Shown here in pieces: positions 45,928-55,379 of a stretch of DNA of 64,000 nucleotides. The translations under genes were made by a program, and so were the position numbers. This stretch comes from Nocardioidaceae bacterium (GTDB lineage: Bacteria > Actinomycetota > Actinomycetes > Propionibacteriales > Nocardioidaceae). The stretch spans positions 132 to 64,131 of the forward strand of contig JBBJMF010000004.1 of the NCBI GenBank assembly GCA_037719575.1, given 5' to 3'. Under the pieces are notes generated by a model. It did not search any database, had not been told where the DNA came from, and saw nothing but the letters and a program-made list of their open reading frames with translations. Numbering within the stretch: position 1 is the stretch's first letter; each line of letters opens with the position of its first letter.

Positions 45928-47133
45928 TCAGAGCGCGGGGCGCGGTGTCTCGATCCCGTCCAGCCGGTCCTCGGCCTCGATGTCTTCTCGGCTGATGCCG
46001 AGCAGGTACATGATCGTGTCCAGGTAGGGAACGCTGACCGCGGCGTGGGCCCGCTGGCGCACGGTGGGCTTGGCGTTGAAGGCGATCCCGAGTCCAGCGG
46101 CGGCAAGCATCTCGAGGTCGTTGGCACCGTCTCCGATGGCCACCGTCCGCTCGGTGCCGAGGCCCTGGGCGGCCGCGAACCGGCGAAGCGCGTCCGCCTT
46201 GCCGTGGGCGTCGACCACGGGGCCGAGCAGGCGGCCGGTCAACCGTTCATCGACGATCTCGAGCTCGTTGCTCGCCGTGTCGACGATCCCGAGCTCGGTG
46301 GCGATCCGGTCGGTGATCGCGCCGAACCCGCCGCTCACCAAGGCGATGCGGTAGCCGAGTCGGTGGAGGGTGCGCACCAGGGTGCGCGCACCTGGCGCGA
46401 GCGGCAGCGCGTCGTACACGCGAGTGAGCGCGCTCTCGTGCAGACCGGCGAGCAGGGCGACCCGCTGACGCAGGGCGTCGGCGAAGTCCAACGTGCCGCG
46501 CATGGCCCGCTCGGTGAGGGCCGACACCTCCGGGGCGACCCCGGCCTCCGCTGCGAGGAGGTCGATGGCCTCGCCCTGGACGAGCGTCGAGTCGACGTCG
46601 AGCACCAGCAGCCGGCGCCCGTGTCGCAGCAGACCGACAGCCTGGACGGCGACATCGACCCTCTGCCGGGCAGCTTCGAGGGCGAGCATCTCGCGAAGCC
46701 GCATGACATCGGCCCCGGAGACGTGCATCTCGATCGCGGTCACGGGGTAGCGCGCCATCCGTACGATGCGGTCGATGTTGGCGCCGGTGTCGGCGATGCG
46801 ACCCGAGACGGCCGAGACCGCCCGCGCCGACAGCGGTTGCCCGAGGACCGTGACGTGCACCCGGCCACGGCGCCGATGCTCGTTGTCGCCGGTGCCGCGC
46901 TGGACCTCCAGGTCCATCCCCAGGGCGTCGGCACTCGCCGTGACGGCTGCCGTCAGCGCCCGGTGGTTCGTCGGCGCCGTGACGAGGATGCTGAGCACGA
47001 GCCGTCGCCTGAGCACGCTCTGCTCGATGTCGAGCACCTCGACGGCGAAGCTGGCCAGCGCCTCGAAGAGCGCGGCGGTGACCCCTGGGCGGTCGGGTCC
47101 GGTGGCGAGCAGGAGCAGGGTCGGTGTCGTCAT
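45928..47133 (-). CDS. serB: Phosphoserine phosphatase SerB (ACT domains + HAD)
   Basis: N-terminal ACT-like repeats ('GPDRPGVTAALFEAL'), HAD motifs 'LLVLDVDSTLV', 'ALVSGGF', 'AIGDGANDLEML'. Confidence 0.9.
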   Translation of the reverse strand: MTTPTLLLLATGPDRPGVTAALFEALASFAVEVLDIEQSVLRRRLVLSILVTAPTNHRALTAAVTASADALGMDLEVQRGTGDNEHRRRGRVHVTVLGQPLSARAVSAVSGRIADTGANIDRIVRMARYPVTAIEMHVSGADVMRLREMLALEAARQRVDVAVQAVGLLRHGRRLLVLDVDSTLVQGEAIDLLAAEAGVAPEVSALTERAMRGTLDFADALRQRVALLAGLHESALTRVYDALPLAPGARTLVRTLHRLGYRIALVSGGFGAITDRIATELGIVDTASNELEIVDERLTGRLLGPVVDAHGKADALRRFAAAQGLGTERTVAIGDGANDLEMLAAAGLGIAFNAKPTVRQRAHAAVSVPYLDTIMYLLGISREDIEAEDRLDGIETPRPAL

Positions 47134-47145
47134 GGCCCGGACAGG

Positions 47146-47874
47146 CTATCTGCCATCGAGCGATGAGGTCGCCGCGACCACGGCGGCCCGCGCCGCCCGG
47201 TCCAGCGGCTGCAAGGCGGCGGCTCGCTGGGCCGCCTGCGACGCCGAGACCGAGCCCCCGTCGTCGGTCCTGGCCAGTGAGACGATCGAGACCGCGCGGA
47301 TCGCGTCATCCGCGAGCTGGGCCGCCCGCGGCGACGCGAACGGTGCCGGCTCGTCGTGTGTCACGGGCCGGCGGAGGTTGAGCAGGGCATCGGCCACGTC
47401 CGGCTGCCACGAGGCGACGTCGAGTGACGCCAGGGCGTCGGCGGTCTCGGTCATCGCGGCGCGCAGGGCTCGGTCGGCCTCGGCGACCGCCGGCAGGTAC
47501 GTCGGTTCGTCGGCGGCCGAGAGGTGCCAGGTGGTCGCCCCGCCGGCGCGGACGGGCACCATCCCAAGACGGCTCCCGTGCAGCACGACGCCCCCGCCCG
47601 CCTCGAGCGCGTCGGCGTTGAATGCGGCCGGTCCGGCGAGACCGAGCGGGTCGCCCGGCACCGGGAGGGCGCTGCTGGCCCGTCGTACCCCCCGACGCCG
47701 AAGCTCACCGAGGAACAGCGCGGGAGCCTGCCAGCTGCCCGCCTCGGGGCCGGCGAACTCCGCAAGCCGGCCCCGCCCGTTCAGCCCGGTGATGACCGCG
47801 TCCGCGCTCTCGCGGCCCGTGAGCCACGCGTTGAGCCAGCACGCGACCCGGGCCGAGTCAGGTAGCGACTGCAT
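47146..47874 (-). CDS. Hypothetical protein (conserved-looking, no recognised domain)
   Basis: Good coding composition, starts 'MQSLPDSARVACWLNAWLTGRES'. Lies 12 nt upstream of serB on the same strand. Confidence 0.6.
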   Translation of the reverse strand: MQSLPDSARVACWLNAWLTGRESADAVITGLNGRGRLAEFAGPEAGSWQAPALFLGELRRRGVRRASSALPVPGDPLGLAGPAAFNADALEAGGGVVLHGSRLGMVPVRAGGATTWHLSAADEPTYLPAVAEADRALRAAMTETADALASLDVASWQPDVADALLNLRRPVTHDEPAPFASPRAAQLADDAIRAVSIVSLARTDDGGSVSASQAAQRAAALQPLDRAARAAVVAATSSLDGR

Positions 47875-47953
47875 TCCCCGAGCCTAGAAGACCAGGAGGG
47901 GGTGGTGGATGGCCTAGGTTGGGAGTCCAGCGAACGGGTGGCGAAGGAGTCGG

Positions 47954-48754
47954 ATGAGCACGGTCATCGAGCTCGCCGGAGTCTCGGTCGTGCGCGCCGG
48001 GAACCGCCTGTTGAGCGACGTCAGCTGGCAGGTGGAGCACGACGAGCGCTGGGTGGTGCTCGGTCCGAACGGCGCCGGCAAGACGACCCTGCTCCAGGTC
48101 GTGAGCACCCACCTGCACCCGACCGAGGGCGTGGCCGGCGTGCTGGGCGAGGTCATCGGCACCGTGGACGTGTTCGACCTCCGGCCGCGCATCGGCCTGG
48201 CGAGTGTGGCGCTCGGCGACCGGGTACCACACGACGAGCTGGTGAGTGACGTGGTGATGTCCGCGTCGTACGCCGTCCTCGGCCGCTGGAAGGAGCAGTA
48301 CGACGAGCTCGACCATGCCCGGGCAGCGGACCTGCTGCGGGAGGTAGGGGTCAAACACCTGGCGGACCGGCGGTTCGGCACCCTCAGCGAGGGAGAGCGC
48401 AAGCGGGTCCAGATCGCTCGGGCGCTGATGACGGACCCCGAGCTCCTGCTCCTGGACGAGCCCGCGGCCGGCCTGGACCTCGGGGGGCGTGAGGATCTGG
48501 TCAGCACGCTGTCCGTGCTGGCGCTCGACGAGGGTTCGCCGGCGACCGTGCTCGTCAGCCACCACGTGGAGGAGATCCCGCCCGGGTTCACGCATGCGTT
48601 GCTGTTGCGCGGCGGGGTTGTCATGGCGTCCGGACCGCTCGAGACAACCCTCAACGAGGCCGCCCTGTCCCGGACGTTCGGGCAGTCACTCCAGCTGACG
48701 CACGCGGACGGACGGTACGCCGCCCGGCGCCGCTCGAGCACTCACCGACGCTGA
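47954..48754 (+). CDS. ABC transporter ATP-binding protein (stand-alone NBD)
   Basis: Walker A 'GPNGAGKTT', 'LSEGERKRVQIARAL', 'LLLLDEPAAGLD'. Same neighbourhood as the ATPase next to serB2 in mycobacteria. Confidence 0.85.
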   Translation: MSTVIELAGVSVVRAGNRLLSDVSWQVEHDERWVVLGPNGAGKTTLLQVVSTHLHPTEGVAGVLGEVIGTVDVFDLRPRIGLASVALGDRVPHDELVSDVVMSASYAVLGRWKEQYDELDHARAADLLREVGVKHLADRRFGTLSEGERKRVQIARALMTDPELLLLDEPAAGLDLGGREDLVSTLSVLALDEGSPATVLVSHHVEEIPPGFTHALLLRGGVVMASGPLETTLNEAALSRTFGQSLQLTHADGRYAARRRSSTHRR

Positions 48755-48777
48755 GACCGATGGGATAATCTCGGCAC

Positions 48778-49221
48778 ATGGACTGGTTGCGCGACCACGA
48801 CTGGGAGACCTGGCTCATCGTCGCGCTCGTCCTGGCCGCCACGGAGCTGGCGACCCTCGACTTCACCCTCTTGATGATGGCTGCGGGAGCCGGCGCGGGC
48901 TGCCTGATGGCCGCCCTGGGCTTCAACGTGTGGGTGCAGGTGCTGGTTGCCGCTGTGGTCGCCGTCGCGATGCTCGCCATCGTCCGGCCCAGCATCGTCC
49001 GCCGAGTCCACGCGGGTCCGACGGTGCAGAACGGTCCGCAGGCCCTGATCGGCCAGTCCGGCCTGGTGCTCGAGCAGGTGACGGCCCTGAACGGCCGGGT
49101 ACGCCTGCGCGGCGAGGTGTGGTCGGCCCGCGCCGTCGACGACGGTGTCACGATCGACCCCGGGGCCAAGGTCGGCGTCGCCGAGATCGACGGGGCGACC
49201 GCCGTTGTCTATCCGCTGTAG
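48778..49221 (+). CDS. NfeD-family membrane protein
   Basis: Hydrophobic N-terminal half plus C-terminal OB-like 'GRVRLRGEVWSARA...GAKVGVAEIDGATAVV'. Precedes an SPFH gene. Confidence 0.85.
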   Translation: MDWLRDHDWETWLIVALVLAATELATLDFTLLMMAAGAGAGCLMAALGFNVWVQVLVAAVVAVAMLAIVRPSIVRRVHAGPTVQNGPQALIGQSGLVLEQVTALNGRVRLRGEVWSARAVDDGVTIDPGAKVGVAEIDGATAVVYPL

Positions 49222-49302
49222 CGGCCACCGGGACTCCCCGATGGGCCGTATGGACGCGACTCGGACGAGCTCCGGGTCGTCTCATGTGAGAGGGGACCAC
49301 CC

Positions 49303-50496
49303 ATGGTGGTGCTGATCATCCTCGGCGTGGTGGTGCTGCTCGCCATCATCGTCCTGGTCCGCTCTGTCCGGATCGTGCCCCAGGCACGAGCCGGCATCGT
49401 GGAGCGTTTCGGCAAGTACCGTACGACGCTGCCGGCCGGACTGAACATCGTGACGCCGTTCGTCGACCGGGTCCGCTACCAGATCGACCTGCGCGAACAG
49501 GTTGTCTCCTTCCCTCCACAGCCGGTGATCACCGAGGACAACCTCGTGGTGTCGATCGACACCGTCATCTACTTCCAGGTCACCAACCCGGTCGCCGCGA
49601 CGTACGAGATCGCCAACTACATCCAGGCGATCGAGCAGCTCACGATGACGACCCTGCGAAACATCATCGGCGGCATGGACCTCGAGCAGGCCCTGACGAG
49701 CCGCGACGACATCAACCAGTCGCTGCGCGGCGTGCTCGACGAGGCGACCGGACGATGGGGCATCCGAGTGAACCGGGTGGAGCTCAAGGGCATCGACCCA
49801 CCTCCGTCCATCAAGGACGCCATGGAGAAGCAGATGCGGGCCGACCGGGACAAGCGCGCGGCGATCCTGACCGCCGAGGGCATGCGGCAGTCGCAGATCC
49901 TGACCGCCGAGGGCCAGAAGCAGTCCGCGATCCTCACCGCAGAAGGCGATCGGGAGGCCTTGATCTTGCGGGCCCAGGGTGACCGTCAGTCCCGCATCCT
50001 GCGGGCGCAGGGTGAAGGACAGGCCATCCTCACCGTGTTCCAGTCGATCCACGACGGGTCGCCCGACCAGGCGCTGCTCGCCTACCAGTACCTGCAGATG
50101 CTGCCGAAGATCGCGGAAGGCGACGCCAACAAGGTCTGGATCGTGCCGAGCGAGATCGGGCGCGCGCTGGAGGGTCTCGGCAGCACGATCGGCTCCATTC
50201 AAGGCATCCCGCCCCAGACGACGCCGAAGCGCCGCGTCGACTACGGCGCCGACGAGACGGTGGACCCCACCGTCGAGATCGACTCGTCGCTCTCGACGAC
50301 CCACGACGAGGTGGCCGAGGCGATCGCGGAGGCTGCGGAGGCGGCCCGTCCGGCTCGTCGTACCGATCTCCAGAAGGCCGCTGGCTCCATCGGCGGGCCC
50401 GAACCCGCAAGCGCCGGAGGTGGTGAGGTGTCGTCCGACGCACCCGTCGCGCCGACTCCGCCAGCCCAACCACCTCAGGGCCCGCCGGGGCAGTGA
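49303..50496 (+). CDS. SPFH/band-7 (stomatin-like) protein with Pro/Ala-rich tail
   Basis: N-terminal TM, 'VPQARAGIVERFGKY', 'ITEDNLVVSIDTVIYFQV', 'AEGQKQSAILTAEGDREA' SPFH blocks. Confidence 0.9.
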   Translation: MVVLIILGVVVLLAIIVLVRSVRIVPQARAGIVERFGKYRTTLPAGLNIVTPFVDRVRYQIDLREQVVSFPPQPVITEDNLVVSIDTVIYFQVTNPVAATYEIANYIQAIEQLTMTTLRNIIGGMDLEQALTSRDDINQSLRGVLDEATGRWGIRVNRVELKGIDPPPSIKDAMEKQMRADRDKRAAILTAEGMRQSQILTAEGQKQSAILTAEGDREALILRAQGDRQSRILRAQGEGQAILTVFQSIHDGSPDQALLAYQYLQMLPKIAEGDANKVWIVPSEIGRALEGLGSTIGSIQGIPPQTTPKRRVDYGADETVDPTVEIDSSLSTTHDEVAEAIAEAAEAARPARRTDLQKAAGSIGGPEPASAGGGEVSSDAPVAPTPPAQPPQGPPGQ

Positions 50497-51239
50497 CGCT
50501 GCTCGAGGCGCTTGCGCTCTTCGCGGCGGGCCTCGCGGCTGGCACGATCAACACGATCGTCGGGTCGGGGACGTTGGTGACGTTCCCCACCCTGCTGGCG
50601 ATCGGCTACCCCCCCGTGCTCGCCAACGTGTCCAACACGGTCGGACTCGTGCCCGGCTCGGTGTCCGGCGTCCTCGGCTACCGCCGCGAGCTGCACGGCC
50701 AGGGCCCGCGTCTGCTCCGCCTCGGCCCTTGCTCAGCTCTAGGGGGAGCTGCCGGCGCTCTGCTGCTGCTGTGGCTTCCTGGGGCTGCGTTCCGGACGGT
50801 GGTCCCGGTGCTCATCGGGCTCGGCTGCATCCTCGTGCTCGCGCAGCCGTGGATCTCCCGGCACGTGCACCCGCCGAAGACCGCGCCGCCGCACGGGTCG
50901 CTGCTCGTGACCGTTCTCGTCTTTGCTGCCGGCGTGTACGGCGGCTACTTCGGCGCCGCCCAGGGGGTGCTGCTCATCGGGATCCTCGGGCTCGGCCTCA
51001 CCGAGCCGTTGCAACGGGTCAATGCCCTGAAGAACGCGTTGGCTCTTCTCGTGAACGCGGTCGCGGGGGTGGTCTTCATCATCGTCAGCCAGGTGGCGTG
51101 GGGAGCGGCGGGAGTCATCGCCGCCGGATCGATCATCGGTGGCCAGCTCGGGGCTCGCGTTGGCCGCAGGCTACCGGCACCTCTGTTCCGGGCGGTAGTG
51201 GCCGTCGTCGGGGTCGTGGCGATCGTGAAGCTGGTATGA
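50493..51239 (+). CDS. TauE/SafE family sulfite-exporter-like membrane protein
   Basis: Repeated 'GxxxGxxGxGGG'-type helices ('GLAAGTINTIVGSGTLVTFP', 'AGVYGGYFGAAQGVLLIG'). GTG overlaps the SPFH stop (GTGA). Confidence 0.8.
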   Translation: MTLLEALALFAAGLAAGTINTIVGSGTLVTFPTLLAIGYPPVLANVSNTVGLVPGSVSGVLGYRRELHGQGPRLLRLGPCSALGGAAGALLLLWLPGAAFRTVVPVLIGLGCILVLAQPWISRHVHPPKTAPPHGSLLVTVLVFAAGVYGGYFGAAQGVLLIGILGLGLTEPLQRVNALKNALALLVNAVAGVVFIIVSQVAWGAAGVIAAGSIIGGQLGARVGRRLPAPLFRAVVAVVGVVAIVKLV

Positions 51240-51254
51240 CGAAAGTCGCCGTGG

Positions 51255-51755
51255 CTACTCCCGCGTCGAGGCGCCTTCGGCTGCACCGGAGTCGTCGACC
51301 TCCCCACCTCCGTCGTTCTGCACCTCGAAGAAGGAGATCTTGCCGTCGGTCTCTAACACGGCCACGTCGACATCAGTGAGGCGGCGGATGCCCTGCTCGC
51401 GCGCCGCGGCCATCAGGTCGTCCGTCGCCAAACGCTGACTCCGCATCACGTCGGTCAGCAAGGCTCCGGACCGCATCACCATGACCGGCGTGCCCCTGAT
51501 GAGCGGCCGCAGCCTGGGCCAGCGCCAGGAGGAGTACGACAAGCCGATGGTGAGCAGCGCGAACATGCCGACCGCAAGAAACGCCGACGTCAGGGAGTAG
51601 TCCTGCTGGGTGACGGACTGCTGGACCAGGTCGCCCATCGTCACATAGATCAGCAGCTCGAACGTCGTCACCTCGGACAGGCTGGCCCGGCCAACGACCC
51701 GGGTGACGACCCACAGGAAGAAGAAGACGACGAGCGCACGGACGATGATCTCCAT
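51255..51755 (-). CDS. DUF421 (YetF-like) membrane protein
   Basis: 'VRALVVFFFLWVVTRVVGRASLSEVTTFELLIYVTMGD' and C-terminal 'VAVLETDGKISFF'. Confidence 0.75.
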   Translation of the reverse strand: MEIIVRALVVFFFLWVVTRVVGRASLSEVTTFELLIYVTMGDLVQQSVTQQDYSLTSAFLAVGMFALLTIGLSYSSWRWPRLRPLIRGTPVMVMRSGALLTDVMRSQRLATDDLMAAAREQGIRRLTDVDVAVLETDGKISFFEVQNDGGGEVDDSGAAEGASTRE

Positions 51756-51784
51756 CAGCTGACCTGCCCCTCACTGCTCGCCAT

Positions 51785-52318
51785 CTAGGGAAACATCCAG
51801 GTCGCGAAGTCCACAGTCACGACACGCTTATCGTGGTTCACGAGCGCCACCGTCGCGTCTTGCGCCAAGAGGTTCGTTGGTGCCACGTAGGGCTGGATGT
51901 AGGCGTCGTACATCATCGTGAAGGTATCGCCGTGTGGCGGCGGCGTGAACTCCATGTAGACGTACGTGTCGTCTCGGGTCGAGTCCGAGGGCGTCGGGTA
52001 GAAGCCCTGAGTCTCGAAGAGGTCGAAATAGGTGCCGGTCACCGCGATCGTGATCGGACCATTGAACCCGCCGGGATGCTCTACCGTTAGCTCCCAGAAC
52101 GTGTCGAGTCCGGGGCGGGCAGTTCCGGGGTAGGACAGCGTGAGCCGGTAGCCGTCCCGTGTCTCGGCCGCGGTGGAGGTGTGCCCGCCGAGCAGCCCGG
52201 TCGCGCCCCCGATGCAGGTGAGCAGGACGAGTACGACGAACGTCCGGCTGGCGAGTCGCGAGAGGAATCCGCCGCGGCGAGCCGTGATCCCCTCGAGCGT
52301 GGAGTCGGGGTTGGGCAC
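51785..52318 (-). CDS. Hypothetical membrane-anchored protein, aromatic/Thr-rich beta-type ectodomain
   Basis: One TM helix ('TFVVLVLLTCIGGATGLLGG') followed by 'YRLTLSYPGTARPGLDTFWELTVEHPGG...'. Third-position GC stays high, supporting coding. Confidence 0.6.
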   Translation of the reverse strand: MPNPDSTLEGITARRGGFLSRLASRTFVVLVLLTCIGGATGLLGGHTSTAAETRDGYRLTLSYPGTARPGLDTFWELTVEHPGGFNGPITIAVTGTYFDLFETQGFYPTPSDSTRDDTYVYMEFTPPPHGDTFTMMYDAYIQPYVAPTNLLAQDATVALVNHDKRVVTVDFATWMFP

Positions 52319-52354
52319 AGGCTCAGCCTCTCACGGGGCATCTGGTGATCGAGG

Positions 52355-53317
52355 CTAGTCGGCCTCGAGCGCGTAGGTGAGCCATCGCGCCGTCCGGTCG
52401 AAGGCATCCTCCCGGACCTCCTTGCGCGACAGGAAGACGTCGTGCACCGCGCCCGGAACTCGAACGAGCGTGACGTTGTCGCCGAGCTGGTGCGACCACC
52501 TCGCGATCTGGCGCACGTCGAGGACCGTGTCGACGCCCTGGGCCTCCTCCGTGTAGGTCTCGGGCACCAGGCTCCCGCGTGAGCACAGCACCAGGACGGG
52601 CGCCGGCACGGCAACCCCCTTGTGCACCGAGCGGTGCCCAGCTCGGATGGCACGCAGCCAGCCCGCCTTGACCGGCAGGCTCAGCAGGGGCTTCCACGCG
52701 ACGTCGAAGTCCCACTCTCCATGGTGGTCGCGGTGCAGCGACTCGCCGTAGACACCTGAGAGCGTGCGGGGGACGGTGGCATAGGGCCGTCGCAGCCCCA
52801 GCCGGTTGATCGCCTCGGTGCCCGCCGTCCGGACGAAGAACGACCCCTGCAGGTCGAGCCAGGGGCTGTTGAGCACGAGTGCGTCCGCGACCAGGTCTCC
52901 CGTCGAGGCGCGCTCGGCCGTCCATAGCGGCGTCACCAGACCGCCCGTCGAGTGGGCGCTGATGACCACCCGCTGATGACTGGTCCGCTCCCGGATCGTC
53001 GACAGCGCCGCATCAAGATCTTCGTGGTACTCAGCCAGGTCGAGGCAGAAGTTCGGCGTCTGGTGGGGGAGCAGGGAGCGGCCGTGCTTGCGCAGGTCGA
53101 GCGCGAAGAAGTCGTAGCCGAGCGCGGTGAAGAACTCGGCTGTCGCGGTCTGGAAGAAGTAGTCGCAGAACCCGTGCACGTGCAGGACCGCACCGCGGCT
53201 CGGGCTCCGGTCGGCGGCGCGCTGCACCAAGGTGCACACCACCGCGCCCTCGTAGTCGTCGGCAAGTGACAGGGTCTCCCGCGTGTAGGGGGAGCCGAGG
53301 ACGTCCGTTTCTGTCAC
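52355..53317 (-). CDS. Alpha/beta hydrolase (lysophospholipase/monoglyceride-lipase-like)
   Basis: 'VLHVHGFCDYF' and nucleophile elbow 'ISAHSTGG'; 'PGAVHDVF' catalytic His region. Confidence 0.8.
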   Translation of the reverse strand: MTETDVLGSPYTRETLSLADDYEGAVVCTLVQRAADRSPSRGAVLHVHGFCDYFFQTATAEFFTALGYDFFALDLRKHGRSLLPHQTPNFCLDLAEYHEDLDAALSTIRERTSHQRVVISAHSTGGLVTPLWTAERASTGDLVADALVLNSPWLDLQGSFFVRTAGTEAINRLGLRRPYATVPRTLSGVYGESLHRDHHGEWDFDVAWKPLLSLPVKAGWLRAIRAGHRSVHKGVAVPAPVLVLCSRGSLVPETYTEEAQGVDTVLDVRQIARWSHQLGDNVTLVRVPGAVHDVFLSRKEVREDAFDRTARWLTYALEAD

Positions 53318-53326
53318 GTGGGTGCC

Positions 53327-53854
53327 TCAGGCCTGGTGGGTGCCGACGAGGATCGCCCGGCCCAGCGTCTTGAACGCCAGGTTGAAGGACGCGACCGCGG
53401 GGGTCGCCTCGGCGTCGACTCCCAACGTCTCCTCGCCCACGGCATGGACCACGAAGTAGTAGCGGTGCGCCTCGTCACCTTCCGGGGGGTCGGCACCGTC
53501 GTACGACGCGTGCCCTGGGTCGTTGCGCAGGTGGAATGCGCCGCCGGGCAACGTGTCGTCGGACTCCCCGGCCCCTGCAGTCAGCGACGTGGCGTCACCG
53601 GGGACGTCGACCGCCACCCAATGCCAGAAGCCGCTCGGGGTCGGCGCGTCGGGGTCGAAACAAGTGACCACGAAGCTCTTCGTACCCTCGGGTGCGCCTG
53701 CCCAGGCGAGCGCGGGGGAGGTGTTGCCATCAGACCCTGTCACCCGGCTCGGGAGCGGCTGGCCGTCGGTGACGTCCGGGCTGGTCAGGGAGAACGCCGC
53801 AACCTCGGGCAGCTTCTCGTAGGGGTCTTCGGCACGCGGCCGCTCGAGTGTCAT
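53327..53854 (-). CDS. YbhB/YbcL-family PEBP (Raf-kinase-inhibitor-like) protein
   Basis: 'FDPDAPTPSGFWHWV' and 'HRYYFVVHA' PEBP motifs. ATG 53854. Confidence 0.85.
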   Translation of the reverse strand: MTLERPRAEDPYEKLPEVAAFSLTSPDVTDGQPLPSRVTGSDGNTSPALAWAGAPEGTKSFVVTCFDPDAPTPSGFWHWVAVDVPGDATSLTAGAGESDDTLPGGAFHLRNDPGHASYDGADPPEGDEAHRYYFVVHAVGEETLGVDAEATPAVASFNLAFKTLGRAILVGTHQA

Positions 53855-53944
53855 GCCCCCATCCTCGCCGATTCTCGCCGCTGGACAACCGGTGGCCACG
53901 CCGTCCCGTGCGGCGGGTCATCGCCCGCCGCGGATAATCGGCGG

Positions 53945-54823
53945 ATGGCTGTCCTGATCCGCGTCGAGTCTGCCGACGACCCGAGACTCGGCGACTATCT
54001 GCGGCTCCGCGACGTCCAGCTGCGCCGGCACCTCGAGGCGGAGCGCGGACTCTTCATCGCCGAGGGGGAGAAGGTGGTCCGCCGGGCCGTCGAGGCGGCC
54101 TGCCGCCCTCGGTCGTTCCTGATGAGCGAGCGCTGGCTCTCGGGGCTGTCCGACGTCCTCGAGTCGGCCCCCAGCGCACCCTGCTACGTGGTGAGCGCGG
54201 ACCTCGCCGAGCAGGTCACCGGCTTCCATGTGCACCGAGGAGCACTCGCCTCCCTCCACCGGCCGTCGCAACCGAGCGTCGAGCAGGTCGTTGCGGCGGC
54301 CCGTCGCATCATCGTCCTCGAGGACGTCGTCGACCACACCAATGTGGGCGCGATCCTCAGATCGGCGGCCGCGCTCGGTGTCGAGGGGGCGCTGCTGTCA
54401 CCTCGATGCGCCGACCCCCTGTACCGCCGCTCGGTAAAGGTGGCCATGGGCGCGGTGTTCTCGCTTCCGTGGACCCGGATCCCTGACTGGTATGACGCGC
54501 TGCCGCACCTGGCGGCGGCCGGCTTTACGACGCTCGCCCTCACGCCGGACGCGGACGCCCTCGACCTGGCGAGTGCGGTTCGACGGCATTGGGGCGACCG
54601 GCTCGCCTTGGTGGTCGGATCCGAGGGGTCGGGACTCTCGAGGCGGTGGCTGGCCGCCGCCGACGTCAGGGTCCGGATCCCGATGGCTGACGGCATCGAC
54701 TCGCTCAACGTGGCGGCCGCGACAGCGGTGGCCTGTTACGCAATGTCGGGCGGCGCGTCGGCTGCCGCGTCAATGTCGGCGGCCACGCGCGACTCGGGGG
54801 AGGCGGGCCAGTCCGGGGCGTAG
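53945..54823 (+). CDS. TrmH/SpoU-family RNA 2'-O-methyltransferase
   Basis: 'DHTNVGAILRSAAALG', 'LVVGSEGSGLS', 'IPMADGIDSLNVAAATAVACY' SpoU motifs 1-3. ATG 53945 lies 10 nt after a GATAAT box. Confidence 0.85.
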   Translation: MAVLIRVESADDPRLGDYLRLRDVQLRRHLEAERGLFIAEGEKVVRRAVEAACRPRSFLMSERWLSGLSDVLESAPSAPCYVVSADLAEQVTGFHVHRGALASLHRPSQPSVEQVVAAARRIIVLEDVVDHTNVGAILRSAAALGVEGALLSPRCADPLYRRSVKVAMGAVFSLPWTRIPDWYDALPHLAAAGFTTLALTPDADALDLASAVRRHWGDRLALVVGSEGSGLSRRWLAAADVRVRIPMADGIDSLNVAAATAVACYAMSGGASAAASMSAATRDSGEAGQSGA

Positions 54824-55356
54824 TGCTCTGCGTGCCGCTCGGCTTCCTTGAACAGCTTCCGCCGGGCCCGGTTCGGCAGCCGGTCACCGAACACCACGCC
54901 CTCGAGGTGGTCGTACTCGTGCTGGAGGCAGCGGGCGAGGAAACCGCTGCCGGAGATCGCCACGGGCTCGCAGTGCTGGTCCACGCCGACGATGGAGGCG
55001 AAGTCCGCTCTGGCCAACGGCGCAAACGCGCCGGGTAGCGACAGGCAGCCCTCGTCGGACTCGTCGAGGACCCGGTCTCGCCCTTCGGGGACCGTCAGCA
55101 CGGGGTTGCAGACGACGCCGCGATGCCGCCCGTCATCCTCGTCGTGGCAGTCGAACACGAACACCCGCAGGTCGACCCCGACCTGGTTGGCGGCCAGGCC
55201 GACGCCGTCTGCGGCGTACATGGTCGCCACCATGTCCGCGACCAGCGTCGCGAGCTCGTCGTCGAAGGTGTCCACGGGGCGGCACCGCGCGTGCATGACG
55301 GGCGCGCTCCAGCGCGTCATCGGGCGCGGTCTGCCCCCTGCGGGGAGGTCGGTCAC
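54736..55356 (-). CDS. def: Peptide deformylase
   Basis: Motifs 'GVGLAANQVG', 'EGCLSLPG', 'QHEYDHLEG'. GTG 55356 is chosen so that 'RPMTRWSAPVMH' is included. Confidence 0.9.
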   Translation of the reverse strand: MTDLPAGGRPRPMTRWSAPVMHARCRPVDTFDDELATLVADMVATMYAADGVGLAANQVGVDLRVFVFDCHDEDDGRHRGVVCNPVLTVPEGRDRVLDESDEGCLSLPGAFAPLARADFASIVGVDQHCEPVAISGSGFLARCLQHEYDHLEGVVFGDRLPNRARRKLFKEAERHAEHYAPDWPASPESRVAADIDAAADAPPDIA

Positions 55357-55379
55357 GGAGGGACCGTATCCCACGCCCG

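Noticed and set aside
51255-52318. Lower-GC two-gene patch as horizontally acquired DNA
   Set aside because: Reading the codons shows that third positions remain mostly G/C. The lower overall GC comes from the Tyr/Phe/Thr/Asp/Met-rich amino-acid composition, so this is not good evidence for foreign origin.
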